Assembly (NCBI GenBank): GCA_046590575.1 | Contig: JBKJUS010000012.1 | Location: forward strand, 24,222 to 88,221 | Origin: Mycobacteriales bacterium | Lineage (GTDB): Bacteria; Actinomycetota; Actinomycetes; BP-191 | Length of the DNA stretch: 64,000 bases | Direction: 5' to 3' | Made by a program: the position numbers and the translations under genes | Shown here: piece after piece, positions 17,338-26,404 of the stretch | Layout of the letters: each line of letters begins with the position of its first letter | How positions within the stretch are numbered: the stretch's first letter is position 1 | Notes under the pieces: model-generated | The model's database searches: none | Told to the model about the DNA's origin: nothing | Seen by the model: only the letters and a program-made list of their open reading frames with translations

Positions 17338-18696
17338 ATGAACCCCCTTTCCGCGACTCCCTGCATTGCCGTGCTCATGCTCGTCGCGGTCGCGAGCCCT
17401 GCGCCCGCGACTCAGAGCAGACCCGTCGGCGCCCGTCTGTCGGGGGGCAGCGTGCTGCCCGCGGGCTGCGCAGACGGCGTCCCGCCCGACATGTTCGCGG
17501 CGACCCCCGCCCTCGAGCGTGAGACGTCTACCACCGTCGACCCGAAGTCGGATCAGACCAGAGCGGTCGCGTGGCTGCAGGACGACGCGCGCGCAGTAGT
17601 GGTTGCCAGGACGGTCGACGGGGGCAAGCGCTGGAGCAGCGCTGTCGTCCCTGGCATCGGGGCGTGCGCCGGTGGACCGACGCACCAGCGATACCTGTTC
17701 CACCCCCGACTGGGGTTCGGGCCGGACGGTCGCCTCTGGCTTGCGGTGATGACCAGCCGAGGGGCAGGCACCGATCCGCGCAACCTCTTCTCCGAGGTGC
17801 TGGTCACGACCTCGACGGGGCGGCCTGGTGCACCCTGGTCGGCCACCGCACAACTCGCGGAGCTCGGGACGCTGCTGGGTGACATCGACACGATGTCGGT
17901 CCAGCAGGACAAGCCGGCGACAGCGTACGTCGCCCACGACACCGACACCTTCGCTCCCGGTCAGCGGGTCGCAGTCTCCCGCTCCACGGACGGCGGTCGC
18001 AGCTGGACCCGCCACGACGTCGCGACGCTGGCCCCCGGTGACGTCTCCTTCGGGCGCGTGCTGGCCGTGGCCGGCGAGACCGTCCTGCTCGCGACGACCC
18101 AAACCCGTGCGGCCGTTTTCGCGGGCGTCGATGTCGCGTCGAACCTGGTGATCTACCGGTCCACCGACGGCGGCCGGACCTGGTCGACGACCCCGACTGC
18201 AACCGGCGTACGGCACGCGGAGTGGCCCGGCCTGGTCCGCTCGGGGGACGGAACGGTGCACCTGGTCTGGCGGGAGACGACCGCCGCCGGCAGCTACTTC
18301 GTGAAGGTCCGCAGCAGTCGCGACGACGGGGCGACATGGGGCGAGGCGATCACCGCCGGCACCGGTACGACGACAGCGGTGAACACTGCCGACCTCGGTG
18401 CAGCGGCCGGGCCGCAGCGCCAGGTCGGCGTACTGCTCACCGACTCGGCAGAGTCGACGACTACCGTGCGGGCGCTCGTCTCGCCGGACGGCCGGACATG
18501 GCGATCGAGCACCATCGCTGCGGACGTCGACCTGTCCGCGGTGCCGGATGGCGACCCCGGGCGAATCACTGATGCCGCCGGCACCCGCGAAGGCCTTGTC
18601 GCGGCCGTGCCGTTGGGCGGCGCGGCCTGGTCGCCGACCGGTCCGACTGACGTCTTCGCGGTGAGCGCACCCTGGAAGCCGGCTCGCCGGCACTGA
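17338..18696 (+). CDS. Secreted BNR/Asp-box (sialidase-like) propeller protein
   Basis: Signal peptide; TVDGGKRW, STDGGRSW, STDGGRTW, SRDDGATW, SPDGRTW repeats. Confidence 0.8.
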   Translation: MNPLSATPCIAVLMLVAVASPAPATQSRPVGARLSGGSVLPAGCADGVPPDMFAATPALERETSTTVDPKSDQTRAVAWLQDDARAVVVARTVDGGKRWSSAVVPGIGACAGGPTHQRYLFHPRLGFGPDGRLWLAVMTSRGAGTDPRNLFSEVLVTTSTGRPGAPWSATAQLAELGTLLGDIDTMSVQQDKPATAYVAHDTDTFAPGQRVAVSRSTDGGRSWTRHDVATLAPGDVSFGRVLAVAGETVLLATTQTRAAVFAGVDVASNLVIYRSTDGGRTWSTTPTATGVRHAEWPGLVRSGDGTVHLVWRETTAAGSYFVKVRSSRDDGATWGEAITAGTGTTTAVNTADLGAAAGPQRQVGVLLTDSAESTTTVRALVSPDGRTWRSSTIAADVDLSAVPDGDPGRITDAAGTREGLVAAVPLGGAAWSPTGPTDVFAVSAPWKPARRH

Positions 18697-18717
18697 CGCG
18701 AGGCCTGCTGCCCAACC

Positions 18718-20193
18718 TCAAACTCCGCGGTGGGCCGATCGCTCTGCTGCTCGGGCGATGTTGCGCGCCATGCCCCCGAACACCACGCCGTGGAAGGGTG
18801 CGACCGCCCACCAGTAAAGGTGGCCGGCTAGTCCGCGTGGATGGAAGAGGGCGCGCTGCACGAACACTGTGCCGCCTCCTTCGGATTCCACCGCGAGATC
18901 GAGCCAGGCCTCGCCTGGCACCTTCATCTCGGCCCGCAGCCGAAGCAGGCGTCCCGGCGACAGCTCCTCCACCCGCCAGAAGTCGAGCGACTCCCCGACG
19001 TAGAGCGAGTGCGGGTTCCGCCGGCCGCGGCGCAACCCGACCCCGCCGATCAACCGGTCGAGCAGGCCACGCGCCGCCCACGCCAGCGGGAAGGAGTACC
19101 AGCCGTTCTCTCCGCCAATACCCTCGATCACCCGCCAGAGGTCGGCCGGCGCGGCGTCGACCGTCGTTCGCCGGTCATCGCGGTAGACCGTCCCGCCCGC
19201 CCAGTCCGGGTCGCTCGGCAACGGGTCGCTGGGCGCGCCCGGCCACGTCGCTGAGGACCATCGGGTCTCGACCTCAGCGGCGAGCACCCGCTGCAGGGCG
19301 AGCCGGACAGCCTCGTCGAAGGGGACCAGTCCGGTCGGCGGGTCGGGCACGTAGCGGGCGATGTCGTGCTCGGTGCACACCACGGTATTGACGAGACTGC
19401 GTACCAAGGGCTTCGCGATCGCGCCGGGCACCGGCGTCACGACATTGACCCAGTGGGCAGACAGTCGCGGAGTGAGGATGGGCACCGGAATGATGAGCCG
19501 GCGTCGCAGCCCGGCGACTTTCGCATAGCCCTGCATCATGTCGACGTAGGTGAGGACGTCGGGGCCACCGATGTCGAACCGACGGCTGACGTCGGCTGGG
19601 AGCGTCGCGCAGCCCAGGAGATAGCGGAGCACGTCCCGCACCGCGATGGGCTGGGTGCGGCTACGCACCCACCGCGGAGTGATCATCGCGGGTAGCCGCT
19701 CGGTGAGGTGGCGCAACATCTCGAAACTCGCCGAGCCACTGCCAATGATGACGGCCGCCTGCAGCACTGCGGTCGGCACCCCACAACGCAGAAAGATCTC
19801 GCCCACCTCGAACCGCGAGCGCAGGTGCGGTGACAACCGCTGCCCCTGCGGCACCAGCCCGCCGAGGTAGACGATTCGGCCGACGCCCGCCTCGGCTGCC
19901 GCGCGCGCGAAGGACTCGGCGGCACGACGGTCGGTGTCCTCGAAGTCGAGACCCGTGTCGATCGAGTGAATGAGATAGAAGGCGACGTCGACGCCGGAGA
20001 GCGCTGCACGAAGCGTCGCGGGTTCGAGAGCGTCCGCCTCGGTCACCTCCACGTCGTTCACCCACGGCACATCACGCAGGCGGCGGGCACTGCGCGTCAT
20101 CGCCCGCACTGTGTGCCCCTCGGCGAGAAGTCGCGGCACCAGACGCCCGCCGATGTAGCCGGTAGCACCCGTGACGAGCACAGTAAGTCCCAT
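18718..20193 (-). CDS. YbjT-like NAD(P)-binding atypical SDR with C-terminal DUF2867
   Basis: TGATGYIG Rossmann motif; GGENGWY, LDFWRV and AEMKVPG motifs. Confidence 0.9.
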   Translation of the reverse strand: MGLTVLVTGATGYIGGRLVPRLLAEGHTVRAMTRSARRLRDVPWVNDVEVTEADALEPATLRAALSGVDVAFYLIHSIDTGLDFEDTDRRAAESFARAAAEAGVGRIVYLGGLVPQGQRLSPHLRSRFEVGEIFLRCGVPTAVLQAAVIIGSGSASFEMLRHLTERLPAMITPRWVRSRTQPIAVRDVLRYLLGCATLPADVSRRFDIGGPDVLTYVDMMQGYAKVAGLRRRLIIPVPILTPRLSAHWVNVVTPVPGAIAKPLVRSLVNTVVCTEHDIARYVPDPPTGLVPFDEAVRLALQRVLAAEVETRWSSATWPGAPSDPLPSDPDWAGGTVYRDDRRTTVDAAPADLWRVIEGIGGENGWYSFPLAWAARGLLDRLIGGVGLRRGRRNPHSLYVGESLDFWRVEELSPGRLLRLRAEMKVPGEAWLDLAVESEGGGTVFVQRALFHPRGLAGHLYWWAVAPFHGVVFGGMARNIARAAERSAHRGV

Positions 20194-20256
20194 GACGTCA
20201 GTGTCGCGGGTCCGGAGCAGTAGCGCCCGCCGGGATTTCAGGTGAAGGACATCGCC

Positions 20257-21249
20257 CTATGCGTCGAGTCCTTCAGCGACTGAACCGCGACCCAGCAGGT
20301 CGCGGAGCAAGTCCCAGCGCACGTTGGAGCCGGAGAGCAGCAGGCCGGTCGGGCCGCCCGCAAGCTCGGTGGCAGGAGCAGCGAGCAGCCCCGCGAGCCC
20401 GGCTGCCGCGGCGGGCTCGATCACAACTCGCAGCGTGGTGATCAGCGATCGCATCGCCGAAAGGATCTGTTCGTCGCTGACGGTGCGAACGTCGATGCCG
20501 GCGCCACGGATCACGTCGAGGTTGTGCACTCCTGGCGCAGGTGCGGTGAGTCCGTCCGCGACCGTCGAGACCTGAGGTACGGCGGTCACCTCACCCCTCG
20601 CCAGGGAGCGCACGATGCCGTCCGCCCCTGTCGGTTGCACACCGACGATGCGCACCGTCGACTCGCGAGCTGCCGCTGCCAGAATCGCGCCGGCCAGCAG
20701 CCCGCCGCCCGAGCACGGCACATACAGGCGGGCAAGGTCCGGCACGTCGTCGAGCAGCTCGAGGGTCGCCGTCGCGGCGCCGGCGATGACGTAAGGGTCG
20801 TCAAAAGGGTGGACCAGCGTCAGACCCTCGTCCGCCTGGAGCTGCGCCGCCCTCTCAAAAGCGAGCACCGCACTGGTCACGCCTTCTTTGACTACCCGCC
20901 CGCCGTAAGCGGCGACCGCGGCGAGCTTCTCTGGTACGGCGTTCTCCGGCATCACAACGGTGAGCTGGGCGCCGTACTTCCGCGCTGCGTAGGCAGCACC
21001 CAGTGCGGCATTTCCGGCGCTGACGGTGATGAGCCCCGCGGCGCGCACCGCATCGGAGAGTGTGCGGATGCGGTTGAGCGCGCCGCGCACCTTGAACGAG
21101 CCGGTGAGCTGCAAGCCTTCGGCCTTCGCGACGATCTCGCAGCCGGCGGCAGCGTCAAGTGCCGGCGAACGCAGAGCGGGCGTGCGTACGACTGCACCGT
21201 GCAACGCTGCCGCCGCCTCGAGCACCAGCGCGTCCGTCAGCGCCGTCAT
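20257..21249 (-). CDS. PLP-dependent threonine/serine dehydratase family enzyme (no ACT domain)
   Basis: LQLTGSFKVRG, SAGN, HPFDD, SGGGL, EPAAAA motifs. Confidence 0.88.
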   Translation of the reverse strand: MTALTDALVLEAAAALHGAVVRTPALRSPALDAAAGCEIVAKAEGLQLTGSFKVRGALNRIRTLSDAVRAAGLITVSAGNAALGAAYAARKYGAQLTVVMPENAVPEKLAAVAAYGGRVVKEGVTSAVLAFERAAQLQADEGLTLVHPFDDPYVIAGAATATLELLDDVPDLARLYVPCSGGGLLAGAILAAAARESTVRIVGVQPTGADGIVRSLARGEVTAVPQVSTVADGLTAPAPGVHNLDVIRGAGIDVRTVSDEQILSAMRSLITTLRVVIEPAAAAGLAGLLAAPATELAGGPTGLLLSGSNVRWDLLRDLLGRGSVAEGLDA

Positions 21250-21794
21250 CGACCACCGAGCCCCGGGAGTCCGTCGATGCTCCTGGCGTTCTTCTCTTCC
21301 CGGTAGGACTGAAGTCCCTCCGGTCCACGCTTCTCCGCGCTGAGCCGCAGCAGATCTCGTTCATCACGGAGGTCCATCACCGGTACGCCGTACCCGCACG
21401 AGTCGCTCACCCGGTCGACTTCGACGACGACGACCGCGCGGGTGCTCGGATGGGTCGGGTGGCGCGCGACGACGTCGTCGTACAGCGATGTGCCGGGCAG
21501 GTGGACCGAGCCGCGACCATGCAGGCGCACGATGCGCGGCCGGTCGCTGAAGGAGCAGAACATCACGCAGATGCGTGCGTTCTCCCGGAGGTGCGCAATC
21601 GTCTCGACGCCGCTGCCGGTGAAATCGACCCAGCCGACACGGCGCGGACCGAGGACGGAGAAACTGTCATGCCCACGCGGCGAGACGTTGACGAGTCCGT
21701 CGGCAGCGAGCGGTGCAGTGCCGACGAAGAACATCGGCTGCTCGACGAGCCACGCCGCTAGGACGTCATCGACGCCATCAAAGATCTTGCCCAC
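21246..21794 (-). CDS. Pyridoxamine 5'-phosphate oxidase-like FMN-binding protein
   Basis: VNVSPRG, TGSGVETIAHLREN, SCGYGVP, SIDGLPG motifs. Confidence 0.88.
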   Translation of the reverse strand: MGKIFDGVDDVLAAWLVEQPMFFVGTAPLAADGLVNVSPRGHDSFSVLGPRRVGWVDFTGSGVETIAHLRENARICVMFCSFSDRPRIVRLHGRGSVHLPGTSLYDDVVARHPTHPSTRAVVVVEVDRVSDSCGYGVPVMDLRDERDLLRLSAEKRGPEGLQSYREEKNARSIDGLPGLGGR

Positions 21795-21831
21795 TCAGGG
21801 AGAGTAGACGAGCCGCAATCTCGGCTAGATG

Positions 21832-21906
21832 TCAGCGGCGACCGCGGTAGTAACCGCCACCGCCGAGGAGCAGAACCAGCACGAGGATGATCAGCAGGAT
21901 TGTCAT
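21832..21906 (-). CDS. 24-aa membrane microprotein (MTILLIILVLVLLLGGGGYYRGRR)
   Basis: Clean ATG..TGA with GC-rich third positions; hydrophobic helix, GGGGYY, basic tail; DUF3309-like. Confidence 0.65.
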   Translation of the reverse strand: MTILLIILVLVLLLGGGGYYRGRR

Positions 21907-21962
21907 GCAGTGGGCCTACCCAGGATGAAGTGCCCGCACGCCTCGAGACAACACACTCCTGA

Positions 21963-23321
21963 TCAGCCGTTGGGGGTCATGTCGACGAAGCGGCTGTAGT
22001 GACCCTGAAAGGCGACTGTCACGGTGGCGGTCGGGCCGTTGCGGTGCTTCGCCACAATGAAGTCCGCCTCGCCAGCGCGGGGTGACTCCTTCTCGAACGC
22101 GTCCTCGCGGTAGAGCAGGATCACCATGTCGGCATCCTGCTCGAGGGATCCACTTTCGCGAAGGTCGGACAGCTGAGGCTTCTTGTCGGCGCGCTGCTCA
22201 GGCGATCGGTTGAGCTGCGAGATCGCGACAACGGGAACGTCGAGCTCCTTGGCCAGCAACTTCAACGACCGGGAGATCTCGCTGACCTCCTGCTGCCGGT
22301 TCTCCACCCGCTTGGGCGAGGACATCAGCTGCATGTAGTCGACGACGACGAGACGCAGGTCGTTGCGCTGCTTGAGCCGCCGCGCCTTGGCCCGGATCTC
22401 CATCATCGTGAGGTTGGGCGAGTCGTCGATGAACAGGGGCGCGTCAGCCACCTCGCCCATCCGACGGGCCAGCCGGGTCCAGTCGTCGTCGGTCATCTTG
22501 CCAGTGCGCAGACTCTGCAGGCTCACGCGCGCCTCGGCGGATAGCAGCCGCATGGTGATCTCGTGCTTGCTCATCTCCAGCGAGAAGATCACCGATGTCA
22601 GGCTGTGCTTGATCGACGCAGCCCGCGCGAGGTCCAGACCCATCGTGGACTTGCCGATCGCGGGTCTCGCAGCCAGGATCACCAGCTGGCCGCCGTGCAG
22701 GCCATTGGTCAGGGTGTCGAGATCGGCAAAACCGGTTGGTACGCCGTGCATCGTGCCGTCGCGCGCCCCGATCGCTTCGATCTCGAGCAGGGTCGGCTGC
22801 AGCAGGTCGCCCAGCGGGATGTAGTCCTCGCTGGTTCGCCGCTCGGTGACCTCGAAGATCGCCTGCTGGGCGCGGTCGACCATGTCGTCGACGTCGCCGC
22901 CCTTGCCGGCATAGCCGAGCTGGACGATGCGGGTGCCAGCTTCCACCAGACGGCGGAGCACCGCCGCGTCGCGGACGATGCGGGCATAGAACCCCGCACT
23001 GGCCGCGGTCGGCACCGAGGCGACCAGGCTGTGCAGGTAGGGTCCGCCGCCGACGCGCGCCAGCTCCCCCAGACGGGTCAGCTCGGCCATCACCGTCACG
23101 GCGTCGGCGGGGTCGCCACGGCCGTAGAGGTCGACGATCGCGTCGAAGACGGTCTGGTGCGCTGGGCGATAGAAGTCGCCGGACTTGATGATCTCGATGA
23201 CGTCGGCGATGGCGTCCTTGCTCAACAGCATGCCGCCGAGCACGCTCATCTCAGCTTCGAGGGCCTGCGGCGGGGTGCGCTCGAACTCCGCCGATGGCGC
23301 GATCGCCAGCTCGGCGGTCAT
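21963..23321 (-). CDS. dnaB: Replicative DNA helicase (no intein)
   Basis: PPQALEAE N-domain, AARPAIGKS Walker A, DYMQL, SDLRESGSLEQDAD, KHRNGPT. Confidence 0.97.
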   Translation of the reverse strand: MTAELAIAPSAEFERTPPQALEAEMSVLGGMLLSKDAIADVIEIIKSGDFYRPAHQTVFDAIVDLYGRGDPADAVTVMAELTRLGELARVGGGPYLHSLVASVPTAASAGFYARIVRDAAVLRRLVEAGTRIVQLGYAGKGGDVDDMVDRAQQAIFEVTERRTSEDYIPLGDLLQPTLLEIEAIGARDGTMHGVPTGFADLDTLTNGLHGGQLVILAARPAIGKSTMGLDLARAASIKHSLTSVIFSLEMSKHEITMRLLSAEARVSLQSLRTGKMTDDDWTRLARRMGEVADAPLFIDDSPNLTMMEIRAKARRLKQRNDLRLVVVDYMQLMSSPKRVENRQQEVSEISRSLKLLAKELDVPVVAISQLNRSPEQRADKKPQLSDLRESGSLEQDADMVILLYREDAFEKESPRAGEADFIVAKHRNGPTATVTVAFQGHYSRFVDMTPNG

Positions 23322-23522
23322 TGGGACGTCCAAAGTCGGGTCATGAATGAGTTGTACGAGGCAGGTCTGACAGTTCGCGGCACGATGCGATGGCCCCTGG
23401 GGACGACGAAGTGAAGTGGCGGAGTCGGCCAGCGTAGGAGCGCTGGCCGTACGCCGGAAGCACGCCCTGTGCGCCGCGCTGGGGAGCGCCTGTGGGCCAC
23501 GCCGCATGCTCGGTGCGCTCGG

Positions 23523-23607
23523 TGTGGACGAAGGTGGTCGGTCTGTGGACAACGGTGGCACAGAACCGGACGATGCCGTACAGGTGAACCGCGCCGGCTG
23601 TGGACGA
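23523..23607. promoter_or_regulatory. DnaA-box cluster upstream of dnaB
   Basis: TGTGGACAA at 23544-23552 (reverse complement TTGTCCACA) and TGTGGACGA at 23523-23531 and 23599-23607. Confidence 0.7.
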
Positions 23608-23650
23608 AAGAAAATTCTGTCGTGGACGCATCGGCGGGGGTGGACGGACG

Positions 23651-23691
23651 CGGGCCCGGCGCCTCCTGGCGAACAGGAGAGGCCGGGCCCG
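23651..23691 (-). terminator. Hairpin downstream of rplI
   Basis: cgggcccggc...ctcctg/caggag...gccgggcccg stem. Confidence 0.65.
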
Positions 23692-23709
23692 GCGTACGAC
23701 GGAGCGCTG

Positions 23710-24159
23710 CTACTTGGCCGCGACGACCTCGAGGGTCACAGTCGCGTCGACCTCGGCGTGGATCTTGACTGATACCTGGTGCGAGCCGAGCGACTTGATC
23801 GGCGTCGTCATGACCACGCGACGCTTGTCGATCTTCGGGCCACCGGCCTTCGCCACCGCGGCGACGACGTCAGCCGTCGTCACCGAACCGAAGAGCTTGC
23901 CACCATCGCCGGCTCGCACCGGCAGGGTGACGGTCAAGGTCGACAGCGTCGACGCGAGCTCGCGGGCGTGACCGGCATCGCGGACCTCGCGGACCTCGCG
24001 AGCCCGCTTGATCGTCGCGATCTGCTTCTCCGCGCCGCGGGTGGCGAGGATGGCCAGGCTTTGCGGAACGAGGTAGTTGCGGCCGTAGCCGTCGGCCACG
24101 TCGACGATGTCGCCGGGGGAGCCGAGATTGGAGACTTCCTGGGTCAGGATGACTTTCAT
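23710..24159 (-). CDS. rplI: 50S ribosomal protein L9
   Basis: MKVIL...GYGRNYLVP; GKLFGSVT. Confidence 0.98.
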   Translation of the reverse strand: MKVILTQEVSNLGSPGDIVDVADGYGRNYLVPQSLAILATRGAEKQIATIKRAREVREVRDAGHARELASTLSTLTVTLPVRAGDGGKLFGSVTTADVVAAVAKAGGPKIDKRRVVMTTPIKSLGSHQVSVKIHAEVDATVTLEVVAAK

Positions 24160-24171
24160 GATCCCCGGCCC

Positions 24172-24408
24172 CTATCGCGCAGTGCTGGTGTAGGGCAGCA
24201 GCGCCATCTCGCGGCTGGTCTTCACGGCCATCGCGACGTCACGCTGGTGCTGGCTGCAGTTGCCCGACACCCGGCGGGCGCGGATCTTGCCGCGGTCGGA
24301 GACGAACTTGCGCAGCAAGTTGGTGTCCTTGTAGTCGACGAACCGGACCTTGTCCTTGCAGAAGACGCAGACCTTCTTCTTCGGCTTGCGTGCTGGAGGC
24401 TTCGCCAT
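24172..24408 (-). CDS. rpsR: 30S ribosomal protein S18 (Zn-binding C+ form)
   Basis: CVFC...DYKD...GNCSQHQR...ALLPY. Confidence 0.98.
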   Translation of the reverse strand: MAKPPARKPKKKVCVFCKDKVRFVDYKDTNLLRKFVSDRGKIRARRVSGNCSQHQRDVAMAVKTSREMALLPYTSTAR

Positions 24409-24447
24409 CGGGTGCTGCTTTCGTGTCAGGTGAGTGGGAGGACTTGC

Positions 24448-24972
24448 TTAGAAAGGAGGCTCGTCGGACGACGCTGCGGGGCCCGCTGCGGCCCACGGGT
24501 CCTGCACGGGAGCGCCGCCCTCAGCGGACTGGCCGCCGCCAAAGCCGCCGCCACCGCCTTGGCCGCCGCCACTGGACGGACCGCCGAAGCCACCACCACC
24601 GCCATTGCGTTGGACCTTGTTGACCTTGGCGGTGGCGTACTTGAGCGACGGGCCGACCTCGTCGACCTCGACCTCGTACACCGTGCGCTTCTCGCCTTCC
24701 TTGGTCTCGTAGGACCGCTGCTTGAGCCGGCCGGAGACAATCACCCGAGCGCCACGGGTGAGCGACTCGGCGACGTTCTCCGCGGCCTGCCGCCAGATCG
24801 AGCAACGGAGGAACAGCGCGTCGCCGTCCTTCCACTCATTGGTGGTCTTGTCGAGGAAGCGCGGCGTCGAGGCCACGGTGAAGTTGGCGACCGCCGCACC
24901 GTTGGCAGTGAAGCGCAGCTCGGGGTCGTCGGTGATGTTGCCGATGATCGTGATGGTGGTGTCGTTGGCCAT
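24448..24972 (-). CDS. ssb: Single-stranded DNA-binding protein
   Basis: DPELRFT, Gly-rich linker, DPW and DEPPF tail. Confidence 0.98.
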   Translation of the reverse strand: MANDTTITIIGNITDDPELRFTANGAAVANFTVASTPRFLDKTTNEWKDGDALFLRCSIWRQAAENVAESLTRGARVIVSGRLKQRSYETKEGEKRTVYEVEVDEVGPSLKYATAKVNKVQRNGGGGGFGGPSSGGGQGGGGGFGGGQSAEGGAPVQDPWAAAGPAASSDEPPF

Positions 24973-25074
24973 GTCTTGGTCCTCGTTGCCCTTCCGGTGC
25001 TGGCAGTGACGCCGGCGAACTCTTGTCCCACGGCGGGTGCCGGGGACCGGGCGGGGAAGGGGTGGGGGTCGGGT

Positions 25075-25365
25075 TTAGTGAAGCTCGGGCCGCATGATCT
25101 TGGTGCGCATGACCGACTCAGAGAGGTTCATCTGCCGGTCGAGTTCTTTCACAGTCGCCGGCTCAGCCTGCATGTCGACGACGGCGTAGATGCCCTCGGT
25201 CTTCTTGTTGATCTCGAAGGACAGGCGTCGCCGGCCCCAGATGTCGACCTTGTCGACGGTGCCGCCGGCGTCGCGAACGACGCCGAGGAACTGGTCGAGG
25301 GCTGGGGCGACGGTGCGCTCCTCGAGATCGGGATCGAGGATGACCATCATTTCGTAGTGACGCAT
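25075..25365 (-). CDS. rpsF: 30S ribosomal protein S6
   Basis: MRHYE...[12 protein letters not shown]...ELDRQ. Confidence 0.98.
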   Translation of the reverse strand: MRHYEMMVILDPDLEERTVAPALDQFLGVVRDAGGTVDKVDIWGRRRLSFEINKKTEGIYAVVDMQAEPATVKELDRQMNLSESVMRTKIMRPELH

Positions 25366-25420
25366 GAAGAGCCCTACCTCCTTCGGACTAGGCGGTCACG
25401 GGCACTCCGTGACAGGAGGG
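25366..25420 (-). promoter_or_regulatory. S6:S18 ribosomal protein leader (autoregulatory RNA)
   Basis: mRNA ccctcctg-tcacgg-agtg-cccgtga-CCG-cctagtccgaaggagg: anti-SD, hairpin and CCG motif, directly 5' of rpsF. Confidence 0.75.
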
Positions 25421-25539
25421 TCGTTCGCGTCAACGAACTGCCCGAGGCTAACACGGAGCGACCCCCACGGCCGAACCCGCTGTCATCGAGGGTAGCCAGC
25501 CGATGCGACAAGCTTCGTCGGCGTACGGCGATCTGTGGA

Positions 25540-26334
25540 TCAGTCCGAGGAGGGCATCGCCAGCAGGGCGCGGACCTGCGCAGACACGACACCGCCGAGC
25601 GCGACGAGGGCGATGAAGGCCGGCAGCCCGCGCCCCCGGCCGGTGGCCGGCCGAGGACCGAGTCCCCCGCTACCGAGGTCCACCAGTGGCTCGTCCGACG
25701 CTGACTCAGCCGGCTCCGGCGCCACCGACGGGAGCGGTGGCTCCGACTTCACCGGCAGCTGGCCCGGTGCCACCGAGGGCAGCCCGAGTGCCGGTGGGGG
25801 TGCGCTGGATCCGCTCGACGACGGAGCTGCCGACCGCTGGGTCGGGCTACGGGTGGGCGCCGGGCTCGGTGTCGTGGGTCGGGCGGACGGCGTGCGGCTC
25901 GCCGTCGGTCGAGGCGTGGCCGTCGTCCGGGTGGGCCGAGGTGCGGGCTTCGGCGCCGTCACGACGACCGACCCCCGCATCCCGGTCGTCGCGGAGCCGT
26001 GCGTCTTGCAGAAGTACGTGTACGTCCCAGCAGCGTCGAAGGTGAACGTCGTGGACCGGCTGACGAGCGGGATGGAGCTGTCCTTGGTCCAGTTCTCACT
26101 CGCCGAGGTGACGGTGTGGTTGACCCCACCGGTGGTCGTCCACGTGACCGTGTCGCCGACCAGGATCGTGACGGCCTTGGGAGCGAAGGTGTTGGTGCCC
26201 GTCGCCGAGACAGCGGCGTTGGCGGCATGCGCCGCGCCCAACCCGCCCAGCATCGCCCCGCCGCAGAGCACTCCGGCTGCTAGGAGGACGGCCCCGGCCG
26301 TCGCCAGCCGGCCGCGCCGTGGAAGGTCGCTCAC
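25540..26334 (-). CDS. Secreted/anchored cupredoxin (plastocyanin-like) with Pro/Thr linker and C-terminal TM
   Basis: Type-1 copper ligands NHTV...YFCKTH....GMRG; signal peptide. Confidence 0.85.
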   Translation of the reverse strand: MSDLPRRGRLATAGAVLLAAGVLCGGAMLGGLGAAHAANAAVSATGTNTFAPKAVTILVGDTVTWTTTGGVNHTVTSASENWTKDSSIPLVSRSTTFTFDAAGTYTYFCKTHGSATTGMRGSVVVTAPKPAPRPTRTTATPRPTASRTPSARPTTPSPAPTRSPTQRSAAPSSSGSSAPPPALGLPSVAPGQLPVKSEPPLPSVAPEPAESASDEPLVDLGSGGLGPRPATGRGRGLPAFIALVALGGVVSAQVRALLAMPSSD

Positions 26335-26404
26335 CACCTGAGTGTCGCATCCGCAGGGCGGATCCGCTTGTGGCCGCGGGGTGCTGCGGCGTAGAAGGAG
26401 AGTC

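Noticed and set aside
21963-23321. Intein in DnaB
   Set aside because: Normal length of about 452 aa and a continuous RESGSLEQDAD motif.
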